Virus record (IMG/VR): IMGVR_UViG_3300023174_000133
Location: 1 to 64,000 of that record
Direction: 5' to 3' (one strand)
Source of the DNA: a virus
DNA: 64,000 bases
Shown: in pieces, positions 9,808 to 19,531 of the stretch
Layout of the letters: the number at the start of each line of letters is the position of its first letter
How positions within the stretch are numbered: the first letter of the stretch is position 1
Program-made: the position numbers and the translations under genes
Notes under the pieces: generated by a model
Databases searched by the model: none
Told to the model about the DNA's origin: nothing
Seen by the model: only the letters and a program-made list of their open reading frames with translations

Positions 9808-11127
9808 TTACAGAATGCTACTTGCTAATGTCGCTAATTGTGATCTTTCGCCTCTATCAAGTTTAATATGTCCGAATAGATCCTGACCCTTAAGCTTTTC
9901 GATAGCGATAGTCAGACCGTTCGAGTATCTATCCATATATGGAGTATCTACCTGATCGATATCACCAAGAAGCACCATCTTCGTATCCTGACCGCAACGA
10001 GTGATGAGCGTCTTTAATTCATGTATCGTTAAGTTTTGAGATTCATCGACGATGATATAAGATTTAGCAAATGAACGCCCTCGAACATAAGTGATTGGAG
10101 ATACTTCGATTTCTCCCTTCTCTCTCATCATTTCGAACCATGAAACGTCATGGAATGCGTTTCTAAAGTTGTCTACGATAGGCATTAACCAAGGTGCCAT
10201 CTTTTCATCGACAGTACCTGGCAAGAAGCCGATATCACGACCAACAGGTTCGATCGATCTGGTGATAATAATTCTATCGTAAATCTTGTTTCGAAGACCA
10301 GAGATTCCAACCGTGAGCGCCAAGAACGTCTTACCAGAACCAGCAAGACCAGTCAAAGCGACGAGTGGAACGTCAGGGTCAGTCAAAAGGTGCATCGCTG
10401 CCTTTTGTTCTTTGGAACGAGGCTTCACTTGAATCATACTGTCACCAAGTGTCCTCGGGGGCACGATTTTATCGTCTTTTACCATACCGATTAAAGACTG
10501 ACCCTCGGGAGTTGTTCCAACTACAAGACTGTTTTGTATAAACAGCTCAGGATTCACTCCTGTGGCGTCTAAAGGCACACCATCATCGGCATAAAAGTGG
10601 TCAATGGCATCTTTGTCAAGAGTGACGTGGAGTACGCCAGAGTGAATTGGATTGCCATCTCTAACAGATATTGGCAAGTCTCTGTAATAGTCCTCTGCCT
10701 CTAAACCAAGCGCATCACACTTGACTCTGAGATTGATGTCTTTCGTAACTACTTTGACTTTTTTATCTGGGTAATTCGCACGTAATGCTAAGGCCGAAGA
10801 TATAATCCTGTTATCGCCTTGATTTGCAGGAAAAGCGTCAGGTAAATCGTGTCGACGCTCTTCGTTCGAAACTCTAATTACGATGTCTTTATCTTTTAAA
10901 TTTATGCCGGTCGATAAAGAACCAATTTCTCGTAATTCATCGAGATATCGATTGACTAATCTTGCATTGCTTCCGACAGTCCCTTGTTTTTCCTTGAATC
11001 TATCGAGCTCTTCCAAAACTATCATAGGAAGAATAACGTCATTGCCTGTAAACTGATAAATTGACTCTGCATCGTACAACAAAACGCTTGTATCGATGAC
11101 CAAAAGTTTACGTTCACTCAAACACAC
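9808..11127 (-). CDS. phoH: PIN-domain PhoH-family ATPase (PhoH2/YlaK type)
   Basis: N-terminal PIN (VIDTSVL, EELD, DNRI, TKDINLR); Walker A GLAGSGKT, IGFLPG, RGRS, DESQN, GDIDQVD. Confidence 0.92.
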   Translation of the reverse strand: MCLSERKLLVIDTSVLLYDAESIYQFTGNDVILPMIVLEELDRFKEKQGTVGSNARLVNRYLDELREIGSLSTGINLKDKDIVIRVSNEERRHDLPDAFPANQGDNRIISSALALRANYPDKKVKVVTKDINLRVKCDALGLEAEDYYRDLPISVRDGNPIHSGVLHVTLDKDAIDHFYADDGVPLDATGVNPELFIQNSLVVGTTPEGQSLIGMVKDDKIVPPRTLGDSMIQVKPRSKEQKAAMHLLTDPDVPLVALTGLAGSGKTFLALTVGISGLRNKIYDRIIITRSIEPVGRDIGFLPGTVDEKMAPWLMPIVDNFRNAFHDVSWFEMMREKGEIEVSPITYVRGRSFAKSYIIVDESQNLTIHELKTLITRCGQDTKMVLLGDIDQVDTPYMDRYSNGLTIAIEKLKGQDLFGHIKLDRGERSQLATLASSIL

Positions 11128-11195
11128 CTCACATAATGACTGTCAATAGTAAATGCGACTTAGTAAATCTTAGAACGACACATTATAATCTAAGT

Positions 11196-11459
11196 ATGCA
11201 AAACGATAACATCATTGAAGGAACAACTTGTTTTAAAGAGCACAAAGATAGAAAACTTCCTTGCTGCAAGGAATCTTGTCGCAGATGGATGAATAACCCC
11301 GATAACTTGAATTGTGCCATAATCGCGAGTGAAATCGGCGAACACACGCTTCAAGAAATCGGAGATATTTTTGGAGTGACAAGAATGCGCATTTGTCAAA
11401 TGGAAAAAAATATAATGAAAGATTTATATTTTCAAAGACAAATGAAAGCTACACAGTAG
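11196..11459 (+). CDS. stand-alone sigma70 region-4-like HTH protein with Cys-rich N-terminus
   Basis: HTLQEIGDIFGVTRMRICQME matches the region 4.2 consensus TLEEIG..FGVTRERIRQIE; Cys cluster CFKEH..CC..C..C; ATG 11196 preferred over 11136. Confidence 0.75.
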   Translation: MQNDNIIEGTTCFKEHKDRKLPCCKESCRRWMNNPDNLNCAIIASEIGEHTLQEIGDIFGVTRMRICQMEKNIMKDLYFQRQMKATQ

Positions 11460-11460
11460 A

Positions 11461-11742
11461 TTATTTCTTCTTCTTATCAAAAGATTTAGAATCGACAGGT
11501 GCAACTGCTGGTTTTACTAATGGTTGCGCTTCAAAGATAGGTTCAACTATGACTTCTTGTTCAACTTCGACCTGTTCGATTACAACAACAGGTTCAACTT
11601 TAGCGGGTTCGACTACAACGATAGGTTCAACTGGCGCTACAGCAGGTTGTTGGATAGTATCTTCTAAATATCCACACGCTCCTGGACCGAATCGTGGGCC
11701 TTTTTTATAAGAATCGCGCTTCATAATTTCTCCATTATGCAC
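11461..11742 (-). CDS. hypothetical V/E/P-rich protein
   Basis: ORF on the coding strand, low complexity. Confidence 0.45.
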   Translation of the reverse strand: MHNGEIMKRDSYKKGPRFGPGACGYLEDTIQQPAVAPVEPIVVVEPAKVEPVVVIEQVEVEQEVIVEPIFEAQPLVKPAVAPVDSKSFDKKKK

Positions 11743-11782
11743 ATTTGAAAATCAAAGGCATTTTTATATATCTTGCAAAAAA

Positions 11783-11822
11783 TAATCGGGAATGACAGAA
11801 TTTAATCTGAACATTCCCGATT
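11783..11822 (-). terminator. stem-loop after the Hc1-like gene
   Basis: aatcgggaatg...cattcccgatt inverted repeat, followed on the minus strand by a T-run. Confidence 0.6.
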
Positions 11823-11827
11823 GTTTA

Positions 11828-12034
11828 TCACTCTGCTGCGTCTTCTTTCGCAGACTTTTCTTCGTTTAGCGTGGTCTTAACTAGCTCACTGAGCTTATCA
11901 CGAAGAGCACGAAGACCCTTACGAGCGCGAATACCGGCCGAAGCATTACCCTTCGCATTCTTAACGACATCGACATCGAGTTCAGTAACGGCGAGCTTAA
12001 TGGCAGTCCAGGCTTCGATAATATTCTGATTCAT
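11828..12034 (-). CDS. histone H1-like (Hc1-family) small protein
   Basis: KGNASAGIRARKGL signature. Confidence 0.75.
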   Translation of the reverse strand: MNQNIIEAWTAIKLAVTELDVDVVKNAKGNASAGIRARKGLRALRDKLSELVKTTLNEEKSAKEDAAE

Positions 12035-12273
12035 AGTATTAACTCCTTTTTTTCTTTTACTTGTTGTTCCGACGCATCTATCGTAGTCCGCACAGCGTCA
12101 GTTAACGCGAGCATCACGCTCCTGTCCTCTACTTCGAGAGCCAGGGACTCGATAATCTTAAGAATTTGAAATTGACTTACACCAAAATCAAGTATTTTTC
12201 TGACAATTTCTCGAGACTGTTGAATTTGATGCAACCATTTTACGTCTCCCTTTAATTCATCATTTTCACTCAT
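12031..12273 (-). CDS. hypothetical protein
   Basis: ATGA overlaps on both sides. Confidence 0.6.
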   Translation of the reverse strand: MSENDELKGDVKWLHQIQQSREIVRKILDFGVSQFQILKIIESLALEVEDRSVMLALTDAVRTTIDASEQQVKEKKELIL

Positions 12274-12734
12274 AAAGTCTCCGAAAACGTAATGGGTTCA
12301 ATTCTAAACTTAGCTGGTCCTTCAATGATCAATCTTTTTCCATTAGTTACACCATCATCGTACTCTCGAGATACGATAGTAAATTCTCCCCATTTTTCAT
12401 TCGAATAAATAAATTGCACGTGTTCCCACGTCGCAATATCACACTTATATGTTGTAAGAATGGAAGACAATTCTGATGGTATTGAAAGAGATATATCTGA
12501 AAAAGTTTGAATCATAGGATGTTGTTCACGTTTAATCAATTCTGACTTACAGACGTCATAAACGCGATGTATTATGCCACAATTATTACATTGCGCAAAT
12601 TTTTCTAATATTTGACCTTCGTCATTTTCTATTGAAAAAACGACGAAAGAATGAAAAACAGGCGGCGTCTTTCCACGCATTTGAGGAAGAATGCAATTGC
12701 AATCCACTAAGTGTTTGACGCCGTTCATTTTCAC
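12270..12734 (-). CDS. hypothetical protein, probable Zn-binding
   Basis: H..DCNC, QCNNCGIIH, VCKS. Confidence 0.6.
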   Translation of the reverse strand: MKMNGVKHLVDCNCILPQMRGKTPPVFHSFVVFSIENDEGQILEKFAQCNNCGIIHRVYDVCKSELIKREQHPMIQTFSDISLSIPSELSSILTTYKCDIATWEHVQFIYSNEKWGEFTIVSREYDDGVTNGKRLIIEGPAKFRIEPITFSETL

Positions 12735-12931
12735 TTACAACTTTTGATGATCGCCGACAAGCCATTTCCTCCTGAGGCGTCGATAGTAGCTTGCGCAGTG
12801 TAAATTAATTTACGTAGAAGATCGGGAGAAATGTCTTCTCCTCTCGTAGCTTCTACTAAATTATTAGCTACTTGATCTTTTACCATATTAAGAACGTCAA
12901 AGTACGTTTGACCTAATTTAACTTCATTCAT
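12731..12931 (-). CDS. hypothetical protein
   Basis: GGAG ribosome-binding site before the ATG at 12931. Confidence 0.55.
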   Translation of the reverse strand: MNEVKLGQTYFDVLNMVKDQVANNLVEATRGEDISPDLLRKLIYTAQATIDASGGNGLSAIIKSCK

Positions 12932-12978
12932 TTTAGCTCCTGAAATAAACTTACACTGAAACACGCCAGAGTTAAATA

Positions 12979-13419
12979 TTATCTCGCCTGTCTATCTGCA
13001 ACGCAAGATGATGCCCACGACTCGGGCTTACAAGATACTTCAAATCCCATACCCATCACGTACGAAGAAACATTACTGTGAAATTTAGAAGACATCGTAT
13101 CTCTTGAAGAGACGTCAACATGGACTTTTGCTTTTCTACCCGTCGTCTCTTCAATTTCTTGAGCAATTTCAACGGAAAGATACGCTTCGTAAAGTAACCT
13201 GTCAACAAGAGTTTTAAATTGTTCTTTAGGAAAGCGCATGCGCTTTGTATAAAATCGCCCACCCCGCCCAGGAGTATGACAACAAACTACAGTAGCAAAA
13301 AGCCAATCTTTTCCATAAGAATGCGAATCGGTACCGACATATGTTTTATTTTCTTGTACTTTTATATCTTCGAACATCTCGATTGTTCTATCGCGCTCAC
13401 CAGAAGGTTCAAGCCACAT
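12979..13419 (-). CDS. RNase H-like YkuK-family protein
   Basis: YVGTDSH, GGRFY, EAYLS, VHVDV, KPESWASSCVAD. Confidence 0.8.
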   Translation of the reverse strand: MWLEPSGERDRTIEMFEDIKVQENKTYVGTDSHSYGKDWLFATVVCCHTPGRGGRFYTKRMRFPKEQFKTLVDRLLYEAYLSVEIAQEIEETTGRKAKVHVDVSSRDTMSSKFHSNVSSYVMGMGFEVSCKPESWASSCVADRQAR

Positions 13420-14608
13420 TTTTCACCAAAAATGTATGAGATAAATTATTTTTCAATGAATTGAAAGAATTATTTGCGATATTAATCGCTTCGATAGGAA
13501 TTGTGATCGATTTGTTTTCTATCATGACTTCAACACACCCGCTTTTTCTAGAACGAATTAAATTTCTATTAATATAATCGATTCTATCAAAAATAACATC
13601 GACGGTATTTCCAAATTCTTTCCCAATTCCGACTTCTATTCGTCTCGAAGATAAAAATTTGATCCTTTCTCCAACGATTTCTTTTAAACCATTGAATTCT
13701 ATAGATTCTTTTAAAATTTTAGAAATTAATTCTTTGGAACTTTTCGATAGTCGTTCGTCTTGAAGTAATAATTTCGAATCTTCGATTCTGATATTTTTAA
13801 TCAAAAATCTTTCTTCTAAAAGTAGATTGTTGTTCTCATTCCCAAGACACGTCGCCAAATCTTTTATCACGAACTCAGAATTTAAATCAACCGTTGAAGT
13901 TATTGGTACAATTTTTGTTTTTTGAGAACGCCAGTTGTGCAATAACGTACTAACAACTTCGTATCCAAATCCCCTTGTTAATAAGACAATTGTCGACTCT
14001 TTTTTAATGTGTTCATTAATAATCTTGTCTATTTGAGATGCACGCTCGATTACACCATCGTATATGACAAGGTAGCTATTCGAAAAATTTAATTTTTCTC
14101 CAAATTCCTTTATTTGAATTATAGGAAAAGAAAAGCAATCGTCACATGAAACGTACGACTTGCGAGTATTTTTAATAATACTCATCGAACAATTAGAACC
14201 ACCTAATTCTATGGCTTTTAATATCGAATCTTGAAGAATTTCTATTTTCGCGTCTTCAACAATCTTATTGACGAAGCTTCTATCAAGTAATCCTGATTTT
14301 TTAATCTTTAATTCTGCTTCGACAATTTTCGACAATAAAATCACGGCAGAGCCTGGACATGTTTGTTCTACCTTGTAGAGATTACGAAGTAGTATATCTT
14401 TGGCCGCCGATTCGTCTTCTTTTATTTTTAATTCGACAAGGATTCTAAATAAATCTTGTGGTCCCAAAAAAACGATTCGATTATCAAAAAACAAATGGGA
14501 ATCACCAGCAAAGGTCTTTTGAAAAACCTCTGAGGCGATTCCCTTTATTTGAGAGAAAAGAATAGTTTCTTTATTCTTAACTGTCTCTCCAAAGATTGTT
14601 CGACGCAA
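13409..14608 (-). CDS. highly diverged GroEL/chaperonin-like protein
   Basis: LVIYDGVI...IVLLTRGFGYEVVSTLLHN resembles the GroEL apical domain; ERIKFLS..IEVGIG resembles ERVAKLAGGVAVIKVG; no GDGTT motif. Confidence 0.5.
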   Translation of the reverse strand: MRRTIFGETVKNKETILFSQIKGIASEVFQKTFAGDSHLFFDNRIVFLGPQDLFRILVELKIKEDESAAKDILLRNLYKVEQTCPGSAVILLSKIVEAELKIKKSGLLDRSFVNKIVEDAKIEILQDSILKAIELGGSNCSMSIIKNTRKSYVSCDDCFSFPIIQIKEFGEKLNFSNSYLVIYDGVIERASQIDKIINEHIKKESTIVLLTRGFGYEVVSTLLHNWRSQKTKIVPITSTVDLNSEFVIKDLATCLGNENNNLLLEERFLIKNIRIEDSKLLLQDERLSKSSKELISKILKESIEFNGLKEIVGERIKFLSSRRIEVGIGKEFGNTVDVIFDRIDYINRNLIRSRKSGCVEVMIENKSITIPIEAINIANNSFNSLKNNLSHTFLVKNVA

Positions 14609-16502
14609 ACGTTAAAATCTCCTCGGCAGATTCTGCTGTATAACCATACGAGTCGATCATCGTTTGTATCATTTCTGAATATTTCTTTTGTTGTTCGTTA
14701 TCGCGGCTCTTCGATTTGGTAACAATTCGAGCCATGTCTTTTACTGACGCGATAAGGTAAGACTCGATAGCTTCACGAAGAGGTTCATATGACTTATAAT
14801 CAACCTTCGTACCGCGACGAACCTTGGCAAACATGAATGCTGTCACGTCGGCTCTAAAACCATCGCGAGCCGAACCAGTGATACCAATTTGCTCTTCAAG
14901 ATTCTTCATGAACTTTTCATCTGGCTCGCGTTCTTCTGAGGTCACGCGATCCTTAAGACGTTGGCGCGTCGTGTAAGCCTCAGCGTTATCGAGATAGTTA
15001 TCGAATAGCGCCTGGGCTTGTTCTTCGTAAGCGGTCACGAACGCCTTCGCGATTTCACCTTCAAGAATCTTGAGGTATTCTTCACGAATCGTTTTTTGTA
15101 GAATTTCGAGGTAACGCTTCTTATCATCTTCGTTGATGATTTGTTCCTTTACCTGCTTAACAAGAACATCAACGACTCGCATTGGTGTGATGAATCCCTT
15201 ATCAGAGTCAGTGAGTGCAGAGTCGATGGCCTTGGTAATGAATCGAGTGGAAATACCATCCATGCCCTCATGCTTTGCTTCGTCGCGGAGGTCACGAATG
15301 TCGACCTTCTTAGTGCGACCCTTCTCGACAATTTCTTGACCATCATAAATCTTCATCTTAGTGATGAGATCACACTTTTGTGAAGGCTTGAGACGGCTCA
15401 TAACTGAGAACATCGCAGCAGTCTTAATCGTGTGAGGCGCAAGATGATAACGGAAATCAGACTTACGAAGCATCTTCTCGTAGATCTTCATTTCCTGAGT
15501 GAGTTCTAAGACGTAAGGTACTTCAATCTTAACAACACGATCAAGAATCGCTTCATTTGTGTGTTCGGACTTAAATCGATTCCACTCTGCTTCGTTACAA
15601 TGCGAAAGAATCACGCCGTCGAAGTAAAGCATCGAGTTCTTTCCCGGAGTTGGAACACTCTTTTCCTGCGTCGCAGTGATAATCGTGTGTAAGAATTCAA
15701 TTTCGTTCTTAAAAATTTCTACGAATTCTACGACACCACGGTTACCAACGTTAAAAGCACCGTTCAAATTTAGAACGCGAGGATCATCTTCACTAAATTT
15801 ATCGAGCTTAGAAATGTCTTCTGAGCCGATTAGAGCAGAAACGTCCTGAGAGTTGGCATCCATTGGAGGTACAACTGCAATGCCTCGGCGGCCACGCTGT
15901 GAAAACGACGAACGTACAACTGGGAACTTTTCATACTCACCTTTGTATTCCTCCATTAGACGATGACGACAAACTGGACAAAGATCGCCTTCGATGTGAA
16001 TGCCCAAGATCTCCTGGAACTTATCCCTGAGCGAGCGGGGAAGTAGGTGTAATGGTTCTTCACGGATCGGACACCCGTCGAGGTGGTAGACCGGCTCAGC
16101 AGCTTTCTCGAGCGCCTTTTTAAGGTGGTCAGCGAGCGCAGACTTACCAGAACCGACAGGACCCATGAGCAGGAGAACCTGACGACTTTCTTCGCCCTTA
16201 AGTGACGCTGACTTCAAAAATCGCATGATCTTAGCGATTACACGTTCGTGACCATAAAATTCGTCCTTGAAATAGTTGTAGGTCTTTAGACGATCACCAT
16301 CGAATAATTTACGGCATCGCGGGTCAGATTCGTCGAGCACTTCGACACCTAAACCTTCAATTGAATCGACGAGACGACGAGCTGCTAACTTAACAACTTC
16401 TGGGCTCTTTTGAATTTCGCCAAGATAGTCTACGAAGGTACCCCTCCACGCTTCCTTGACAGATTCTTTCCTTTGCTTTTTAATAATGTCTAAGAAATCC
16501 AT
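14577..16502 (-). CDS. prkA: PrkA/YeaG family AAA+ ATPase / serine protein kinase
   Basis: 641 aa; Walker A GPVGSGKS, GCPIREEPLHL, GDLCPVC, GNRGVVEFVE, GMDGISTRF. Confidence 0.95.
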   Translation of the reverse strand: MDFLDIIKKQRKESVKEAWRGTFVDYLGEIQKSPEVVKLAARRLVDSIEGLGVEVLDESDPRCRKLFDGDRLKTYNYFKDEFYGHERVIAKIMRFLKSASLKGEESRQVLLLMGPVGSGKSALADHLKKALEKAAEPVYHLDGCPIREEPLHLLPRSLRDKFQEILGIHIEGDLCPVCRHRLMEEYKGEYEKFPVVRSSFSQRGRRGIAVVPPMDANSQDVSALIGSEDISKLDKFSEDDPRVLNLNGAFNVGNRGVVEFVEIFKNEIEFLHTIITATQEKSVPTPGKNSMLYFDGVILSHCNEAEWNRFKSEHTNEAILDRVVKIEVPYVLELTQEMKIYEKMLRKSDFRYHLAPHTIKTAAMFSVMSRLKPSQKCDLITKMKIYDGQEIVEKGRTKKVDIRDLRDEAKHEGMDGISTRFITKAIDSALTDSDKGFITPMRVVDVLVKQVKEQIINEDDKKRYLEILQKTIREEYLKILEGEIAKAFVTAYEEQAQALFDNYLDNAEAYTTRQRLKDRVTSEEREPDEKFMKNLEEQIGITGSARDGFRADVTAFMFAKVRRGTKVDYKSYEPLREAIESYLIASVKDMARIVTKSKSRDNEQQKKYSEMIQTMIDSYGYTAESAEEILTFASNNLWRDS

Positions 16503-16517
16503 AATACCTCCGAGTTT

Positions 16518-17840
16518 CTACGAAACTTCAAAATCTTCTTCTTCAATTATTGTAAAGAGCTTAACCGGACCCTTCCAGAGCTCTCTAACCATTCTAACAC
16601 TATTGTCCGCGTAATCTAATTCTAAATCTCTTCCATCATGTTCATGACGTAAAATTAATTCTCCGTCCTTCATTTCATCGACGTAAATAATGGGTATCAT
16701 ATTACCGCCGACTTGTCCCATGACAACCTTTCTAATTTCTTGAAATGAATCTTCGTCATCAACAATTTCGTCGATGGTCCAATCACCACTTCTTCCCTTT
16801 CCTTTTTTGCTATAAGTAAAAAGATTTAGCTCTCGAGCGAGATCTTCGTTAAGATATTGTCTTATAAAGCTCTCATCATTACATACTTCTCTGGCAAAAA
16901 AACATTCCGCAAGACCAAAATCTTTTTCGATTCTCTTAAAGATTTCGAATCCAAGGTGATATGGATTGATTCTTAATCCCCACGGACGCAAAACAAGGTT
17001 GTGCGTCTTTAAAAATGGAAGGTGATATTCATCGGGCAGATCAAGTTCATGCAAAAGTTTATAGTGCCAAAAACTTGCCCAACCCTCGTTCATCACCTTA
17101 GTTCGAATTTGGGGCATAAAGTAAAGTGATTCTTCATGAACAATATTAATCAAATCCCGTTCCCAGTCTGTAAGACGAGGATTTTGTTCCATGATGAACT
17201 TTAAAATATCGTACTCAGGTTCAAGGGGAATTTTTTCGATATCGAAATCCTTCCATTCTCCCTTTTCATCATTTTTAATAAGATTGTGATACTTCTTACG
17301 TAATTCTCTTTCCGAAAGACGAATTCTTCCTCGTCGATCGTGTTGATACTGAAGCACATGACAAGCATCAAGAATTTTTTCGACTGCTTCTACACCTATA
17401 GATGGATCTTCGATATAACCTTGTATGCGATTTCTTGCGGCTCTAAAACGAAGAGCAACCGTATCAGCGTCTGTATCTTTAAAGGTCCTATTATTTTTAA
17501 AGAAATCACTATGACCGACGCAGTGAGCCATAATAAGAATCTGTAAATACAACGGATTCTCGAGCATAAGATAGGCTATTGAAGGGTTAGAATTGATAAT
17601 CAATTCATAAGGAAGCCCTTCGTTACCTGAATTGTACATCGCGTGGGTTCTTTCGAACGACTTTCCATAAGACCAATGTGAATAGTGACTCGGCATACCA
17701 TGATAACTCATGGCACCGATCATTTCATGATAATTGATGGTCTCATAAGCAATTTCGTACCAATCTAAACCGTAACTTTTGGCAAGTTCACATATTTTTT
17801 TGTCCCATTCTTCGAGGTCATCAAGCGTATAATCAGACAT
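16518..17840 (-). CDS. spoVR: SpoVR/YcgB family protein
   Basis: HWSYGK, YELIINSNP, AHCVGHSDFFKNN, TKVMNEGWASFWH, NPYHLG. Confidence 0.95.
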   Translation of the reverse strand: MSDYTLDDLEEWDKKICELAKSYGLDWYEIAYETINYHEMIGAMSYHGMPSHYSHWSYGKSFERTHAMYNSGNEGLPYELIINSNPSIAYLMLENPLYLQILIMAHCVGHSDFFKNNRTFKDTDADTVALRFRAARNRIQGYIEDPSIGVEAVEKILDACHVLQYQHDRRGRIRLSERELRKKYHNLIKNDEKGEWKDFDIEKIPLEPEYDILKFIMEQNPRLTDWERDLINIVHEESLYFMPQIRTKVMNEGWASFWHYKLLHELDLPDEYHLPFLKTHNLVLRPWGLRINPYHLGFEIFKRIEKDFGLAECFFAREVCNDESFIRQYLNEDLARELNLFTYSKKGKGRSGDWTIDEIVDDEDSFQEIRKVVMGQVGGNMIPIIYVDEMKDGELILRHEHDGRDLELDYADNSVRMVRELWKGPVKLFTIIEEEDFEVS

Positions 17841-19017
17841 TTATTTCTCCTCCGAAGAAATTCATGAACACTTTCCAAATTTCAGTTTTATCTCCAATCG
17901 TCGCAACCTTTACGGGCGCGCCCAAACCAGAGAGCTGCGTGTATAGTTTCGACACGAAACCTTCTTTTTCCCATGCCATTCTATCTTCGTGTGGTCTAAT
18001 TTCGACGTATCCAACTAACTGCGAAATAGAACCGAGCTCTTTGAATTGATGAACGGCGCCATCGTTATCTTCATCAAAGTTATCACCATCCGAGCAATGA
18101 AACGCGTAAATATTCCACGCTGACGGGTGATAACGTTCTCTAATAATTTCTCTTGCGAGTTCTGGTGCAGAAGAGACAAATGTCCCACCGGCCGATCCAC
18201 GCTTGAAGAATGAGTCTTCGTCAGTTTCGAAAGCTTCGGTGGTGTGCGCGACGAACACGATCTCAACTTTCTCGTACTTGTGACGAATGAATTGATATAA
18301 AAGAAAATAAAATGAGCGAGCAAGAAACTTTATATTTTGCGTCATTGAACCAGAAACGTCCATCATAAAAAAGATAACGGCGTTTGTGGCTTCCTTCGGA
18401 CGATTCTGGATATGATGATATCGAAGATCGTTATCGTGAAAAGGAAAAATTTCATCGCCAGTCTCAGGATCGATTTCAACAGCTCCTGCACGTCGAGCAG
18501 CAGATAACCTCTTGATTCGCTGGATAGCCGATTCACGTTTGTCCAAGCGAGGCTTAATGCCAGAAGTTCTTGTTCCATGTCGTCGAGGTTTTTCTTCAAG
18601 AACTGTTCGAAGCTTCTTGCGTTCTAAATCCGGAAGGTTGAGAGAATCGAATAGATATTCGGCTAATTCGTCCAAGTCGATTTCTACATCGTAGAATTCT
18701 TCGCCCTTATCGTTACCAGCCTTTCGACCAGAACCTTGACCTTTTTCACCGCGTCGAACAATTTGGTCTTTTTCAAGATCCGTACCAGGACTTGAACCTG
18801 CGCTTTTTTGATTATTATCGCCGTAAACGAATTGCCATTCTTTAATTCCTTTAACAGGAATTCTAACTTTTTTCTTTCCGTCTTGTCCGATAATAGACTC
18901 TTCGGAAACAATATCCACTATACCTTCGCGAATTGCCTTTTCTATCTTTTGTTTATGTCTCGCTCGGTCAGAAGCAGAACGATCTGCTGTAGTTTTATGT
19001 TCTTTAAAAATAGACAT
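17833..19017 (-). CDS. yeaH: YeaH/YhbH (DUF444) vWA-domain protein
   Basis: DRARH, LPDL, DLRY, MIDAS motif MMDVSGSM, GGT.VSSA, WNIYAFHCSDGDN. Confidence 0.93.
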   Translation of the reverse strand: MSIFKEHKTTADRSASDRARHKQKIEKAIREGIVDIVSEESIIGQDGKKKVRIPVKGIKEWQFVYGDNNQKSAGSSPGTDLEKDQIVRRGEKGQGSGRKAGNDKGEEFYDVEIDLDELAEYLFDSLNLPDLERKKLRTVLEEKPRRHGTRTSGIKPRLDKRESAIQRIKRLSAARRAGAVEIDPETGDEIFPFHDNDLRYHHIQNRPKEATNAVIFFMMDVSGSMTQNIKFLARSFYFLLYQFIRHKYEKVEIVFVAHTTEAFETDEDSFFKRGSAGGTFVSSAPELAREIIRERYHPSAWNIYAFHCSDGDNFDEDNDGAVHQFKELGSISQLVGYVEIRPHEDRMAWEKEGFVSKLYTQLSGLGAPVKVATIGDKTEIWKVFMNFFGGEINV

Positions 19018-19440
19018 TTATGACCTCTTCTTGCGTGGCATAACGGCCGTTAAAGCAAGACCATGAAATAATGCAGGCTTTAAAAATTCTGGCGATCTAT
19101 CAATCGCCTTACGCCAAGGAAGCCAAATTGCTTTATCATGTTCTAAAATACCCGTTTTAGGATTTCGCGCAATTGTAGGAACGCCATCCCAAAAAACGTA
19201 ATAAAATTGAATATTATCAAAAATTCCTGGCTGATCGCTTACCAATTCGCAATCTTCTTCGCGTATGCCCGCTTCTTCGTGTGCCTCTCGAAACGCCGCC
19301 TGAAACGCAGTTTCTCCTCGTTCAATAGCACCTTTGGGTAGGTCTAATCTTTCACCAACCCAAAGTGTTAACACTTTTTTCATATCATAAGACATAGCCA
19401 CAAGACCTGCCCCATTGATTTTATTATTTCTATTCCTCAT
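19018..19440 (-). CDS. NUDIX hydrolase
   Basis: LPKGAIERGETAFQAAFREAHEEAG Nudix box. Confidence 0.9.
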   Translation of the reverse strand: MRNRNNKINGAGLVAMSYDMKKVLTLWVGERLDLPKGAIERGETAFQAAFREAHEEAGIREEDCELVSDQPGIFDNIQFYYVFWDGVPTIARNPKTGILEHDKAIWLPWRKAIDRSPEFLKPALFHGLALTAVMPRKKRS

Positions 19441-19531
19441 GGGACAATCTTAGCTCGTAATTGTGAAATGTTATAGGTTTTGTGCATATAATAGACCTTA
19501 AAATGTGCGACTCCTGCGGAATCTACATAGA

